64,000 nucleotides of DNA. Origin: the human T2T-CHM13v2.0 reference genome, Homo sapiens. Positions within the stretch are counted from its first letter, which is position 1; every line of letters begins with the position of its first letter. Of this stretch, positions 25,136 to 38,876 are shown piece by piece. Below the pieces are notes generated by a model. That model did not search any database. It saw only the letters and a program-made list of their open reading frames with translations, and was not told the DNA's origin. Both the position numbers and the translations under genes were made by a program. The DNA is taken from the NCBI RefSeq assembly GCF_009914755.1, contig NC_060934.1; one strand, written 5' to 3'.

Positions 25136-27296
25136 TTTTTTCACTGCTTTTGAGGCCTGCCTCTTCCTCCTTTCCTGTGTGTGATGGGTTTCTGATTTGC
25201 TCTTAAAATCTTGTCATTGGAAATAAGAAAAAGGGATATAAAGATCTTGCGGGGCCTCCAGAGCCACGATGAGAACTTTGGTCTTGATCCTGAAATCGGC
25301 GGTACCCAGAGGGGCCACACAGAGTGGGCTGTTGTATTTAGGTTAGTTAAAATGTTAAGTATGGAAGAGATGGACAAGATGGATTCAGAAAAACACACAG
25401 GACTTAGATACACAAAGTGAAAAAAAAAAAAAAAAGGCAATACAAAGAATTAGATGGCTAAAGTAAGGAAACGTGGGGTGGGTAGATGGGCCCAGGTACA
25501 CAGAGCCAGCATGAGTTCCTGCTCAAATAAAGCCATTCATTTATCATTAACTCTGTTCTTCCAGTCCTCCAGCTTCAAAAAGAGATGGCCCCTGCTTCCT
25601 GCTGAAACTAATGCCCCCCTCCTATAGGTCTCCACTCTTTCTTGTTCCCTCAATGCCCTTGCTCCTAGAAAACAATCTGCCTTCCATTTCAAAATCTGGC
25701 TTTACAAATGGACTTTACACTTAAAAATAATCCACCTATGCCCAACCCCCCATCTGAAAGAGAACACTCACAATGATTCTGCTGGACCCTTCTTCAACAG
25801 TTTTACCCTTCATATTTGTTTTTCCCAAGGCAGCAGACTATCCCCATAGTCACAACCTTTCACTTTCAGGCTGACTCAGCCTGATTGTCTAGACATTTGT
25901 ATTTCTCCTAAGTGAATCCTGATGATCTAATCCACTCACAGTAATCCCATGTTCCCAGCCAGTGACTGGTTCAGACAAAAGCATTGTGACCCAATGCTGG
26001 CCAAGATGAGAAGTCTACCTGGTGAGGGGTGAGAGTGGCATGGGGTCCCACAGGGGAAATAAACAAACAGTTGTCTTAAAAAGATATGTATTTCCAGCCA
26101 ATGCACCTATGAAAAAAAAAAAAAAAACTATAGAGGAAGAGGCCCTATTACTGCTAGGCACTACTTAATTTGATGAGACACCTAGCTGTAGTCAGCACGG
26201 GACCATAAGGGCTAGCAGAGGACAACATGTGGAGGACAGCAGTTTAAAGAGAGAAATGGGGTGGGCACTGTGGCTCACACCTATAATGCCAGCACTTTGA
26301 GAGGTCGAGGCAGGAGGATCACTTGAGCCCAGGAGTTCGAGACCGGCCAGGACAACATGGTGAAACCCTGTCTCTACAAAAAAATACAGAAAAATAATAA
26401 AGACAGAAATGATCTGAGTCTCTGATGACCTCAGTGAGGCACTGACATCACCCAAATTAGACTCTGCCATCTTGTTTAAGCCAGATGAGTACAGGTTTCA
26501 TACTATCCCTTCTTTTACTCCAACCAAAGGCATGTGAACAGATTCATCCATCAAACAACAGCTTTTTCTTTTCTTCTTTTTTTTTGAAACAGTCTCACTC
26601 TGAAGCCCAGGCTGAAGTGCAGTGGCACGATCTTGGCTCACTGCAAACTCCGCCTCCAGGATTCAAGCGATTCGATTCTTGCGTCTCAGCCTCCCGAGTA
26701 GCTGAGATTAGAGGTGTGCACCGCCACGCCCAGCAAATTTTTATATTTTTAGTAGAGACATGGTTCTGCCATGTTGGCAAGGCTGGTCTCGAACTCCTAA
26801 CCTCAAGTGATCTGCCCATCTCAGCCTCCCAAAGTGCTGAGATTACAGGCATGAGCCACCATGCCCGGCCACAAGAGCTTTTTCATTAGTATTCTGACCT
26901 TTGGGATGTACCTGAAAAAGCTCAACAAGTATTTTAAAGTTTTTAATATTATATACTATTTTGATTTTTAATTTTATTTCATGTATGTAATTCTTCCTTT
27001 TTCATGAGATTAAAGCACTGACTAGCTTGTTTTCCAGAACTGCTTTTTCTTACATCTTTAACAGCCTAACTCTGACAGGTACATCCTTCCTAATAAAGCC
27101 ATAAAGATCAACTTTATTTCACTTTTTAAAAAGTGAAAATCAATTTAATTTACTCCACTCCAGGCCTTACTTAGTAAAACCTATATTGGAAAGGATTAGC
27201 ATGTAAAAAATGCTATACATTCCCTTTCCAATACAGACTGTACTAAAGTTTTTACTTTAAAACTATTTAGGTAATTTAAATAAAACTACTGGAAAT

Positions 27297-27802
<506 letters not shown>

Positions 27803-27814
27803 CTATGTACTTAC

Positions 27815-27903
27815 TGGACTTTCCTGGCAGAGACACCCAAGAAGTAGTGCCGTGTAGGAGGCCACAATGCAATCCTCCATGTGTTTGCCGGCATGCTGAA
27901 GGG
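27815..27903 (-). CDS. WAPL: WAPL coding exon (probable exon 17), [29 protein letters not shown]
   Basis: CTCAG| acceptor, |GTAAGT donor, 89 nt, phase 1-0. Confidence 0.95.
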
Positions 27904-28004
27904 CTGAGAGAATTGAAGTAAAGAATTGTAACAGTATATTAATTAACACAAACCTCACAAAACCAACCATTCTGTTAGTTATCTTTACTTCAAAACTGCT
28001 ACAA

Positions 28005-29400
28005 ATCAACGAATGATGCTAGGACAACTGGATATCCACAGATTAACAAAAATTTAATCAAAATGAAATAGGGATCCAAAAGAAAAGCTGAAACCATAAA
28101 ACTTTTAGTTAAAATTTTTGTGTTGCAAAGGACACAATTAACAAACTGAAAAGATTAATCCACAGAATGAGAGAATATATTTGCAAATCATGAACTTGAT
28201 AAGGGTCAAGTATCCAGAACATATAAAAAACATTCTTACAACTCAACAACAAAAACAACCCAATTAAAACTGGGCAAAGGGCCAGGCGTGGTGCCTCACA
28301 CCTATAATTCTAGCACTTTGGAAGGCTGAGTTGGAAGGATCACTTGAGCTCAGGAGTTTGAGACCAGCCTGGGCAACATAGTGAGACCTCCTCTCCATTA
28401 AAATTCAAAAACCTTTAATGGGTGTGGCGGTGCACGCCTGTAGCTCCCAACTACTTGCAAGGCTGAGGTGGGAGGATCGCTTGAGCCTGGGACGTCAAGG
28501 CTGCAGTAAGCCCTGATTGTGCCACTGCTCTCCAGCCTGGGTGACAGAGCAAGACTCTGTCTCAAAAACAACAAAAACAACCCACAAAACCGGGCAGAAG
28601 ACTTAGAGATTTCTTCAAACAAGATACACAAATGGCCAATGAGTTCATGAAAAGATGGTCAGCATCATTAATCACCAGGGAACTGCAAATCAAACCACAA
28701 TGAGATATCATGTCACGCCCACTAGGATGACTAAAAATTTTCTTTTACAATACAAGTAACTTGGAACCTTCATACGTTGCTGATGGGAATGTAAAATAGT
28801 GCAGCCACACTGGAAAACAATTTGGCATTTTCTTAGAATGTTAAAACACACAGTTACATACAATCCAACAATTCCAACTCCTAGGTATAAATCCAAAAGA
28901 AATGAAAATGTATGTCTACAAAAAAACTTGTAGATAACTGTTCAAAAAGCTAAAAAGCAGAAACCACTCAAATGTCCATCAGTAAACAAATAAACTATGG
29001 TATAACAATATTATGGAATATTATTTGTCTAAGGAATACAGTATTAACAAATACTGTATCACGGATGAACTTTGAAAACATTCTGCTGGCTGAAAGAAGC
29101 CAGTCATAAAAGGCAACATATTGTATGACTCCTTTTTAAATGGAATGTCCAAAACAGGCAAATCCATAGACACAGAAAGTAGATTAGTGGTTGCCAGTGC
29201 CCAGGGAGGAGGGGAAAATAGGGGTGATGGCTGCTAATGGGTATTGGGTTCCTTTAGTGGTGATAAAAACAATATTTGGAATTAGTGGTGATGGCAGCAC
29301 AACCTTGTGAATACATGAAAAACTACTGAATTACTCATTTTTAAAGGATGAATTGTACAGTCTGTGAATTCTATCTCAATAAAGCTGTAACTTTTTAAAA
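28005..29400 (+). mobile_element. L1MB-like 3' fragment interrupted by an Alu (28280-28575)
   Basis: L1 ORF2-end and 3'UTR phrases (aaacaggcaaatccatagacacagaaagtagattagtggttgccag; tatctcaataaagctg). Confidence 0.75.
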
Positions 29401-29616
29401 GACTGCTAAAAAACCAAAAATGTTATTACGCCAAAAAAAAAAAAAAAAAAAAAAGAAATGCATCAAAACCTAGTAACTGAGAAAAAGGAAAAGACAAGTA
29501 TTACAATATTAAAACTAATGGTGATCAGATTTGGGGAGGAGTGGGAGTAACAGGAGAAAAGGCTCAGAACGAGACGTTGCTGCGGCTTGCTTCCTACTGA
29601 TGTGAAGCTGAACATA

Positions 29617-29925
29617 TGGTCGTCCCTCTGCATCCAAGGGGTATTGGTTCCAGGATGCCAGTACCCTCCAATACCAAAACTGGAGGAGGCTCAAATCTCT
29701 GACAGGAAAGGGTGCAGTATTTGCATATAAGTCACACACATCCTCTGGCATACTGTAAATCATTTCTAGATTACTTATGACACCTAATAAAATGTAAATG
29801 TTATGTAAATAGCTGTTATACTATATTATTTACTAACCTGTATTATTTTTTCTTCCTCAAATATTTTTGATTTGTGGTTGGCTGACTCTGTGGATGTGGA
29901 ACCCACATGTATGGAGGGCGGACTG
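29617..29925. mobile_element. MER2 (TcMar-Tigger) DNA transposon
   Basis: Degenerate terminal inverted repeats (ggtcgtccctc / gagggcggactg) and MER2-like core gcagtatttgcatataa...tagattacttat. Confidence 0.75.
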
Positions 29926-30783
29926 AACTTAAATTCATAACCTTAGTGATACAAAGTTACAAATGGCTATTTTGCAGAACTTGTATAAATGGCAAAAGTT
30001 GTATCACAAATTCTGACAACAGTAGATACTCAATAATGTATGATTAGCGAAGATATTACCTCTAGTATCTTTTTTTTTTTTAATGAGAAAGGGCCTCACT
30101 CTGTCACCCAGGGTGGAGGGCAGTGGCACAATCATAGCTCACTGTAACTTTGAATTCCTCAGCTCAAGCAATCCTCCCACCTCAGCCTCCCAACCACCTA
30201 GGACTACAGGCTTGTGCCACCATGCCAGGCTAATTTTTTATATTTTTTGTAGGGATGGGGTCTTGCTAGATTGTTGTCTCAAACTCCTAGCCTCAAGTAA
30301 TCCTCCTGCTTCAGCCTCCCAAAGTGCTGGGCTCACAGGTGTGAGCCACCAGCCTACAGTATATTTCTTACTGTGTTTACCATCTAGTACTTACACTTTG
30401 AGAACTATTACTGTAATCTGACAATAGATCTTCAAGTTTAAAGTGAAGCTGAAAAAACAATCTCAAAAACTGAAAACTGAAAAAATCCTATTATGTCTCC
30501 TATATGTCTCTTCACAGATAAGTAAAGGAAAGGAGGGCCCCGGAAGGAAGAGTGACTTAACTGGATCTTTCCCGTCACTAGCATGCCTGCCACTGGCACG
30601 CACCTTCCTCACTGTGGGAGAACTACCACAAGCACTTAAGTATCAAAGCTTGTCTGGACTGAACTAGAGAGGTCCTCAAGCAATAGCCAGATTAAGACAA
30701 TCTGCAAATTAAAATAGTTTGAAGAAAAAAACAAAATCAAACCACTATCTTCAATTTAAATACACCATTCAAAGTAAATATAC

Positions 30784-30991
30784 CTTTATTGAGGTCAAGT
30801 TCTTCATCCTCCTCCTCCTTCTTATGTTTCTCTTCTGTACCATCAGTCTTTTCAGTTGACACCCACTGTATTTCTCCACTTGTTTCTTGCCACTCTCCAC
30901 TCTTATCATGCTGAGTGGTGGGAGCATCTTTGATCAACTCATCTGTTTTACTTTCTGCTAGCTGGGCTGCCCGCTCTCGCTCAAGGAATAG
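30784..30991 (-). CDS. WAPL: WAPL coding exon (probable exon 16), [10 protein letters not shown]...[11 protein letters not shown]
   Basis: TATCAG| acceptor, AAG|GTATAT donor, 208 nt, phase 0-1. Confidence 0.95.
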
Positions 30992-31556
30992 CTGATAAAA
31001 ATTATTTTTGAAGATCATTAAAAAGAGATTGCCAATCAATATGCATATATGCAAATATAAAGTTATAGTTGCTTTTAAATCTATCACTAACTCTAAGATG
31101 GTTATGTGATAAAAAGAGGTGAGTATAAGTAAAAGCTTTTGCTCTACACCCTACTGAAAGCCAAAACGAAAGTATAAATGCTGCTAAGATTCAATGAAGT
31201 CATCTAATAATGATGCAAGAATGAGTCTCAATAATTTCCCTTAATTTGCATAATACAAGAAATTCAAGCAAAAAAATACAAAATTGGAAAATTCTTAAGT
31301 CAAAAGGGAATATGCTAAATTCCTTGCCTTCACTTACTTTATTTTCCCTATGCTGGTATAGTACTGACACATAGAAAAAACACTGACACAATTTGGGAAA
31401 TGCTCCAAGTTACTAGAAAGAATTGCCTGAAAATCAAATGCCAAGTAGACCTCAAAGATTTGTTGAGTATACAGAAGAGTGGTATACAAACTTCAAAGAG
31501 AGATTATATAAAATAATATCTTTCAGAAAATAAAAATTAAACTTTATAGAGAGCAG

Positions 31557-31840
31557 CAATTCTCAAAATTGGTCTAAGAATCCCTACGGATCCTTAAGAC
31601 CCTATCAGGGAGTAAAGGAGGTCAAAATTACACTCATACTACTACTAAGGGGTCTGCTGACTTGTTTCTTCTTTCACTGAGTGCACAGTGGAGTTTTGGA
31701 ATCTACATGCCATGTGATTATGTCACGCTCTAACAGCTAATGTAATGTCTCCCAGTTTCAATTTCTAATTCAGTAAATATAGACAGATAAAGCACATATA
31801 AACAACAAAAGCTCTCTGGATTTCCCAATAATTTTCAAGC
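31557..31840. mobile_element. hAT-Charlie (Charlie4-like) remnant
   Basis: cagcaattctcaaaa...agaccctatcaggg...gaggtcaaaatta resembles the recalled consensus. Confidence 0.45.
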
Positions 31841-33126
31841 CCTGAGATAAAAATGTATTAGAAGAGAATGATGGACTCCTACTTATGACTCCAGGAAGAA
31901 CTGAGTTGTTGGGGGTTACAGGTTACTCTGAAGACACAACTTCAAGGATTACTGCTTTTGAAAAGGCCAAAAAAGGAAGCTAAACACAGCAAGGGCTTTG
32001 GAAAAATAAAAAGAATGAACCACTACTGTTTCTGGACATATACAAAATGCCATTTAAGGAAATACCAAAAACATCCAGGAACCTGTTAGACTGGCAAAAA
32101 TCTTGGCAAGAGTATGAAAGAATGGGGACTCTTATAAAAAAAAAAAGTTTTAGGGGGAAGTATAAATTAAGGGCACAGGAAGTATGTGTTTGGTGATGAG
32201 GGTGGGAGGAGTTAGGCATATCAACTTTAAATACAGTACAATATATTCTGACACAATTCCTAAACCAGGAAATTATGCCCACAGACATACTTTGAAAAGT
32301 ATGGCCTGGCCATGCAGGGTGGCTCATGCCTGTAAATCCTAGCACTTTGGGAGGCTGAGGCAGGCGGATCACTTTAGGTCAGGAGTTGGCGACTAGCCCG
32401 GCAAACACAGTGAAACCACCTCTACTAAAAATACAAAAATTAGCCAGGCGTGGTGGCGCAAGCTTGTAATCCCAGCTACTTGGGAGGCTGAGGCAGGAGA
32501 ATCACTGGAACCTGGGAGTCAGGGGTTGCAGTAAGCTGAGATGGTGCCGCTGCACTCCAGCCTGGACGACAGAGCAAGACTCTGTCTCCAAAAAAATTTA
32601 AAAAAAAGAAAAGTATGGCCTAAGATTTAGATGCTATGGTATTTATTTCTGTAATTTTTGTAACAAAATAAAACTTAAAAAAACAGAAAACCATCAAAAA
32701 GTGTATCAGTAGAGGTTTGGTTAAATAAAGTACTAAGGCAGGGCATGGTGGCTCATGCCTGTGATCCTAGCACTTCAGGAGACAAAGCAGGAGGATCACT
32801 TGAGTGCAAGAGTTTGAGACCTCAGCTCTACAAATACGAAACTTAGCCAAACGTGGTGGCATGTGCCTGTAGTTCCACCTACTTGGGAGGCTGAGGTGAA
32901 AGGATCACCTGAGCCTGGGAGGTAAAGGCTGTAGTGAGCTGTGACTGGACCACTGTACTTCAGCCTGGGTAAAAGAGTGAGACCCTGTATGTATGTATGT
33001 ATAAATCAAAAAGCTACTAGTTTGCAGTCATTACAAAGAATGTGATGAACCTACGTGTTGACATGAAGAGCTCAGGAAGACACATTAAGCAAAGAGTGGG
33101 TATAGACTAAATACTATGTACAGTAA

Positions 33127-33327
<201 letters not shown>

Positions 33328-34399
33328 TAATTTTTAGTAGAAACATAATTTTGCCATGTTGCCCAGGCCAGGCTCAAACTCCTGGGCTCAAGCAATCTGC
33401 CTGCCTCAGCCTCCCCAAGTGCTGGGATTACAGATTACAGGCATGAGCCACCATGTCTGGCCTGCACATTTATTTTGATATATGCATAAACACTAATTTC
33501 TCAGGACAAACACAAAACTATTACAAATGGTAACGTTTTAGGAAATAGATTTGTGGAGTTTAAACCTTTCTGGATCTGACTTTTTTTCCCCCACTACGTA
33601 TGTGAATTATGTTTGGTTTTTAAAAAATAAACAGATCCATAAATAGGTAAGAAAAGAACAGCTAGAAAGAGGAAAGTTCATGTCAGTAATCAGAACTACC
33701 TGTAAGATTCCATTTATACAACATTATCGAAAAGATACGTAATTTGAAAATTACTGGATTCAGGCCAACGTTATCAGTAGCATAAACGATATAAATCTGA
33801 ACATGGATTTTTCCACTCTATCTTTGAATAACAGAATTAAGAGCCATTTCTTGACACTTTAAGGTAACTGATGTGAGTACAAGGCAGCACAATTTTCTAA
33901 AATGAGTAACAGAACCCATCACCCAAAAGGTATTACAATTGAAAAACAAAAACTTTAAACTGATTTAAAAATGACAAACCATAAACCATAGCAGATAAAA
34001 GAAAGACAGAGAAGATATAGGATGATACCCTGAAGGACAAGAGGCTTCTATAACACTAAGTGCAAAAGAGGAATACTGGAAGTGATATTCCCAGGTCAAT
34101 TAGACACAGTAGGAAAATTTGAGACTATCCCTGAAACAACTCACAAACAGGGATCTCTGAGGGTGTGGGGATGGCTTCTGCAAATGAACCCCTACTAGGT
34201 GGATAATGCAGATCTATCATCTGTGCCTTCAAACACAGCTCCTGAGGCGACTGACGGTAAGTTTTTATTCATTTCTAGGTTCCATTTGAAGAAAAGTCAA
34301 TTTTTAAAAGAAAGAGACTAGAATGATAGAAAAAAATAAAACAAGAGATGGAAAAAGATAGAAAACACGTTGGTGGTAGCTAGGAGACAGGGAGGGCAG

Positions 34400-34748
34400 G
34401 TAGGCTGTACAGTGAGCAGCAAAAGGGAATTCTTTTATGGTGACGGTTCTATACCTCAATGTAGTGGTGAGTACATGAATCTATACACGTAATAAAACTG
34501 AACAGAGGTACATATGTTACACACAAACATAAATGAATGCAGATGAAAATGGTGAAACTGAATAAGGTCTAAAGTGCAGTTAACAGTAATGTACTAATGT
34601 CAATTTCTTGGTTTTGCTATAGTACTACAGTTATATAAGATGTCACCATTTGAGGAAGTTAGGTAAAGGGTAAATGGGAGGGATTCTTTGTACTATTTTT
34701 GTAACTTCCTGTGAGTCTATAACTATTTTGAAATAAAAAGTTTAAAAA
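34400..34748 (+). mobile_element. L1ME/L1MC-like 3' end
   Basis: tacatgaatctatacac...aagatgtcaccatt...gtgagtctataactatt...aaataaaaagtttaaaaa. Confidence 0.65.
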
Positions 34749-34786
34749 CAAGTCTACTGAACAGAAAAAAAGAATACTTTTTTTAA

Positions 34787-35263
<477 letters not shown>

Positions 35264-36507
35264 TAATGATAATCTATCACTAGTTTCACATTTAATTTTG
35301 TATTTTAAATAAACTAAAACTTCAAGGCTAGTCAAAACGGAGTATTCTGAGTCTAAGAAGAAAAGCCTAGGGATTAACTACCTCTTATCTATAGTCAACA
35401 TTCAATCACACATAATAGAGAACAAAAGAGGATAATAAAAAATGACTTTAAATGGCTCAAAGAAACACTCTCATTCACAATTTCCCATGCTCGGCTACTT
35501 TGCCACTTTCCAGACTGGGTAAGGGAACAGGTGACAAAGGACTTCCAGTTTTCTGTGGTCCATAAGGTCAAAGTTCTGGACACAGATCAGACGAGTAAAT
35601 AAATACTAGAGGACACGAAGTGGATGTGATGGGCCTGGATTCTTGACTTTTTTTTTTTTTTAATAGAGATGGGAGCTCACTATGTTGCCCAGGCTGGTCT
35701 TGAACTCCTGGACTCAAGTGATCCTCCCCACCTCAGTCTCCCAAAGTGCTGGGATTACAGGCGTAAGCCACTGCACCCAATTTCATTAATAGAACAAATG
35801 TGCCTTTGTCTCTGCTTTTTGGTAACAATGCTTAAGGAGTGATTATAACAGTCGAAAAAAAATCAGCAAAATAAAGTAAGAATGCATTCTAAGCAGTGTA
35901 CCTCTTACTGATCTACAGAGAAATTATACCACCTTTTTTTTTTTTTGGAGACAGAGTCTTGCTCTGTTGTCCAGGCTGGAGTGCAGTGACATGCCACTTC
36001 GGCTCACCGCAACTTCCACCTCCTCAGTTCAAGTGATTCTCCTGCCTCTCAGCCTCCTGAGTAGCTGGGATTACAGGTGCATGCCACCATGCCTGGCTAA
36101 CTTTTGTATTTTTAGTAGAGATGAGGTTTCACCATATTGGTCAGGCTGGTCTTGAACTCCTGACCTCAAGTGATCCACTTGCCTCAGCCTCCCAAAGTGC
36201 TGGGATTACAGGCGTGAGTCACTGCGCCCAGCCTATACCACATTTTTAATTGGTTACAAATTCTGGTTTAAAATAAGCTTTCACCCTAGACGCTGTGAAT
36301 ATTTAAAAATTGGTCAGGTGTAAAACAGTCCCTTTCTACCCCAGCAGAGACATGCTTCAGGAGTTCTAACTAAAAAGGCCGGGGGAGGGGCAGAGAGGGC
36401 CAGCAGTGGATGGGCAAGAAAAGGAGGTAAAAGGTGCAAATGATAAAAGAAATTGGACAAATCCAACAAACTGCAGTTATGAGTTTGTTTTTAAAGTGGT
36501 TGCTTAC

Positions 36508-36672
36508 CTGCACTAAAGCCTGGACAGCATGAACTTGTCCACCTATCCTTAAACTATCATCCCCTTCTCCACTACAGATGGAAGAATCAAAAGAGCACGA
36601 TGTTTCCATGTTGACAAGACAGTGCCGATTCCGAGCACTATACTCCACTAGATTTATCAGCAGACCTAAGCC
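36508..36672 (-). CDS. WAPL: WAPL coding exon (probable exon 15), [16 protein letters not shown]...AVQALVQ
   Basis: TTGAAG| acceptor, CAG|GTAAGC donor, 165 nt, phase 0-0; [10 protein letters not shown] is a WAPL-domain motif. Confidence 0.95.
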
Positions 36673-37001
36673 CTTCAAAAAGTTTAAAAGACACATATTA
36701 TCAGAGATGAGTACTTAAAACAAATGAACACAATATACACAATTTTTAATGGCAACTAAAAAGCTGAATATCAGTGTTCTACCACCTACAAAATGGCTAA
36801 AAACCAGTATGAAAGGCCAAAAAGAAAAAAAGAAAAAAAAAAAGAAAAAAGGCCAGGCACAGCGCTCATGCCTGTAATCCCAGCACTTTGGGAGGCCAAG
36901 GTAGGTGGATCACTTGAGGCCAGGAGCTCGAGACCAACCTGACAAACATGGGGAAACCCCATCTCTACTAAAAATACAAAAATAAGCCAGGTGTGTTGTC
37001 A

Positions 37002-37133
<132 letters not shown>

Positions 37134-37556
37134 TCAAAAACAAACAAAAAAAGAACAAAAAAAACAAAACAAAAAAACCACCGATTTTCCCAAAGAATCA
37201 TTCCTTTTATTTTTAATTGCCAATTTTAGCTTTCGTACTTTTTATTTTTACATAGGGTCTTTTCATGGCTTTCTTTTGCACAATAAGAAGTACGTTCAGC
37301 CAGACGCAATAGCTCATACCTGTAATCCCACCACTTTGGGAGGCTGAGGCGGGCAGATCACTTGAGGCCAGGAGTTTGAAACCAGCCTTGGCAACATGGC
37401 AAAACCCCGTCTCTACTAAAAATACAAAAATTAGCCAGGCGTGGTGGCACATGCCTACAGTCCCAGCACCTGGAAGGCTGAGGCAGGAGAACTGCTTGAA
37501 CCAGGGAGGCGGAGGTTGCAGTGAGCCAAGATGTTGCCACTGTAGACTCCATCTCC

Positions 37557-37591
<35 letters not shown>

Positions 37592-37737
37592 AACACACAC
37601 AGTAAGTTCATAAGGAAATTCATGAAAAAAAACCCACAATATATTAAAGGGTTGGTTCTTAAACCCAAACTAAGGTTAACATTTTGCACACCTTATTAGA
37701 TATGATACTCATTTCTGAAAAAGTCATTTCAACTTAC

Positions 37738-37853
37738 CAGCACTCGAATATCAAATCTCTGCTCCTGAGGTAGGTACTTTGGAACCTGAAGCACACAGTT
37801 CAGCGCTGTGCCTATGAGACCGTCCTGCTCTCCTGTTTTGGTGCTGCCCCACT
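37738..37853 (-). CDS. WAPL: WAPL coding exon (probable exon 14), [14 protein letters not shown]...RFDIRVL
   Basis: TTTCAG| acceptor, CTG|GTAAGT donor, 116 nt, phase 1-0. Confidence 0.95.
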
Positions 37854-38173
37854 CTGAAATAAGAAATGGATACAGGAAAATGGTTACTGATTCTTCCTTA
37901 GAACACTAATAATGGAGATTTATTAACATGGATATTAACTTAGAATTGTATAGTCATTCCTCTATTGAAACATACTATTGATACTTCTGGGTCAAGCTAC
38001 TAGGCTTCTAAAAATATCAACTCTTAAAAGCAATTTAAACCTACACATGAGTAAGTCAAGTACATTATGACAAATAAAAAAATCACTACCCCAGGAAAAG
38101 GAGAAACAAAAATAACTTGTTTTCACATGCAATATACATCTTTCAATGAGAAAAAAATGGAAAAAAATCTTAC

Positions 38174-38349
38174 CATTATCATTAGTTAAATTAAGCAACA
38201 CCCCGATGATGGCCCTCATGCAGTCCTCCACTGCTTTGCCTACATGGTTAGTTACATTCTGGTGAGGCAGAGGCTTACTGTCAGCTAAGCATATGCTGTC
38301 CTCAGCACGGTTGTACTGCTGAATCAGTTCTTCACAATGCTGTAATGCT
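38174..38349 (-). CDS. WAPL: WAPL coding exon (probable exon 13), [14 protein letters not shown]...VLLNLTNDN
   Basis: TTTTAAG| acceptor, G|GTAAGA donor, 176 nt, phase 2-1. Confidence 0.95.
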
Positions 38350-38876
38350 CTTAAAAGGAAATAAAATATAGACTATTATAGTAAATAATAATAGGTACAC
38401 AGCAAATTTCTATTTACTTGAACCTAAAGGCTATCGGATGAAATTTCACTTTATTTTGGAAAAATCTGATACCTTAAAAAACTTATTCAAGGAATGTTAA
38501 AATTAAAAACTTATGGCAGAAGTTTATATCTGTACTATCTACATTTACCACTAGTAATCTCTTTATTTCCAAATTGTCTCACATGTTATTGATCTCTCCA
38601 ATATAAGAGACAGACCACAACCCTTTCTCAAACAGGGCAAATGGTTAACAGCTAATGTTGGACACTTCTGAGGTAGTAAATGTTATTACTACATAACAAA
38701 TGTTAACGTAAAGACAAGTATTAAATATTTCATACGCATTAGAGCAAATCATTATTTTTATTACCTTCACTACCAACGTTGACAGTATAAATCATTATTT
38801 TTTAATTTAAGTTCATTCAAATTGACATGTCTCCTCGACAATTTTCCAAGGGGATGAGCTACATCTAAGGATTCTC

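Noticed and set aside
34254-34262. Strong plus-strand donor ACG|GTAAGT suggesting an antisense exon
   Set aside because: Expected by chance in 64 kb; no supporting acceptor or promoter.
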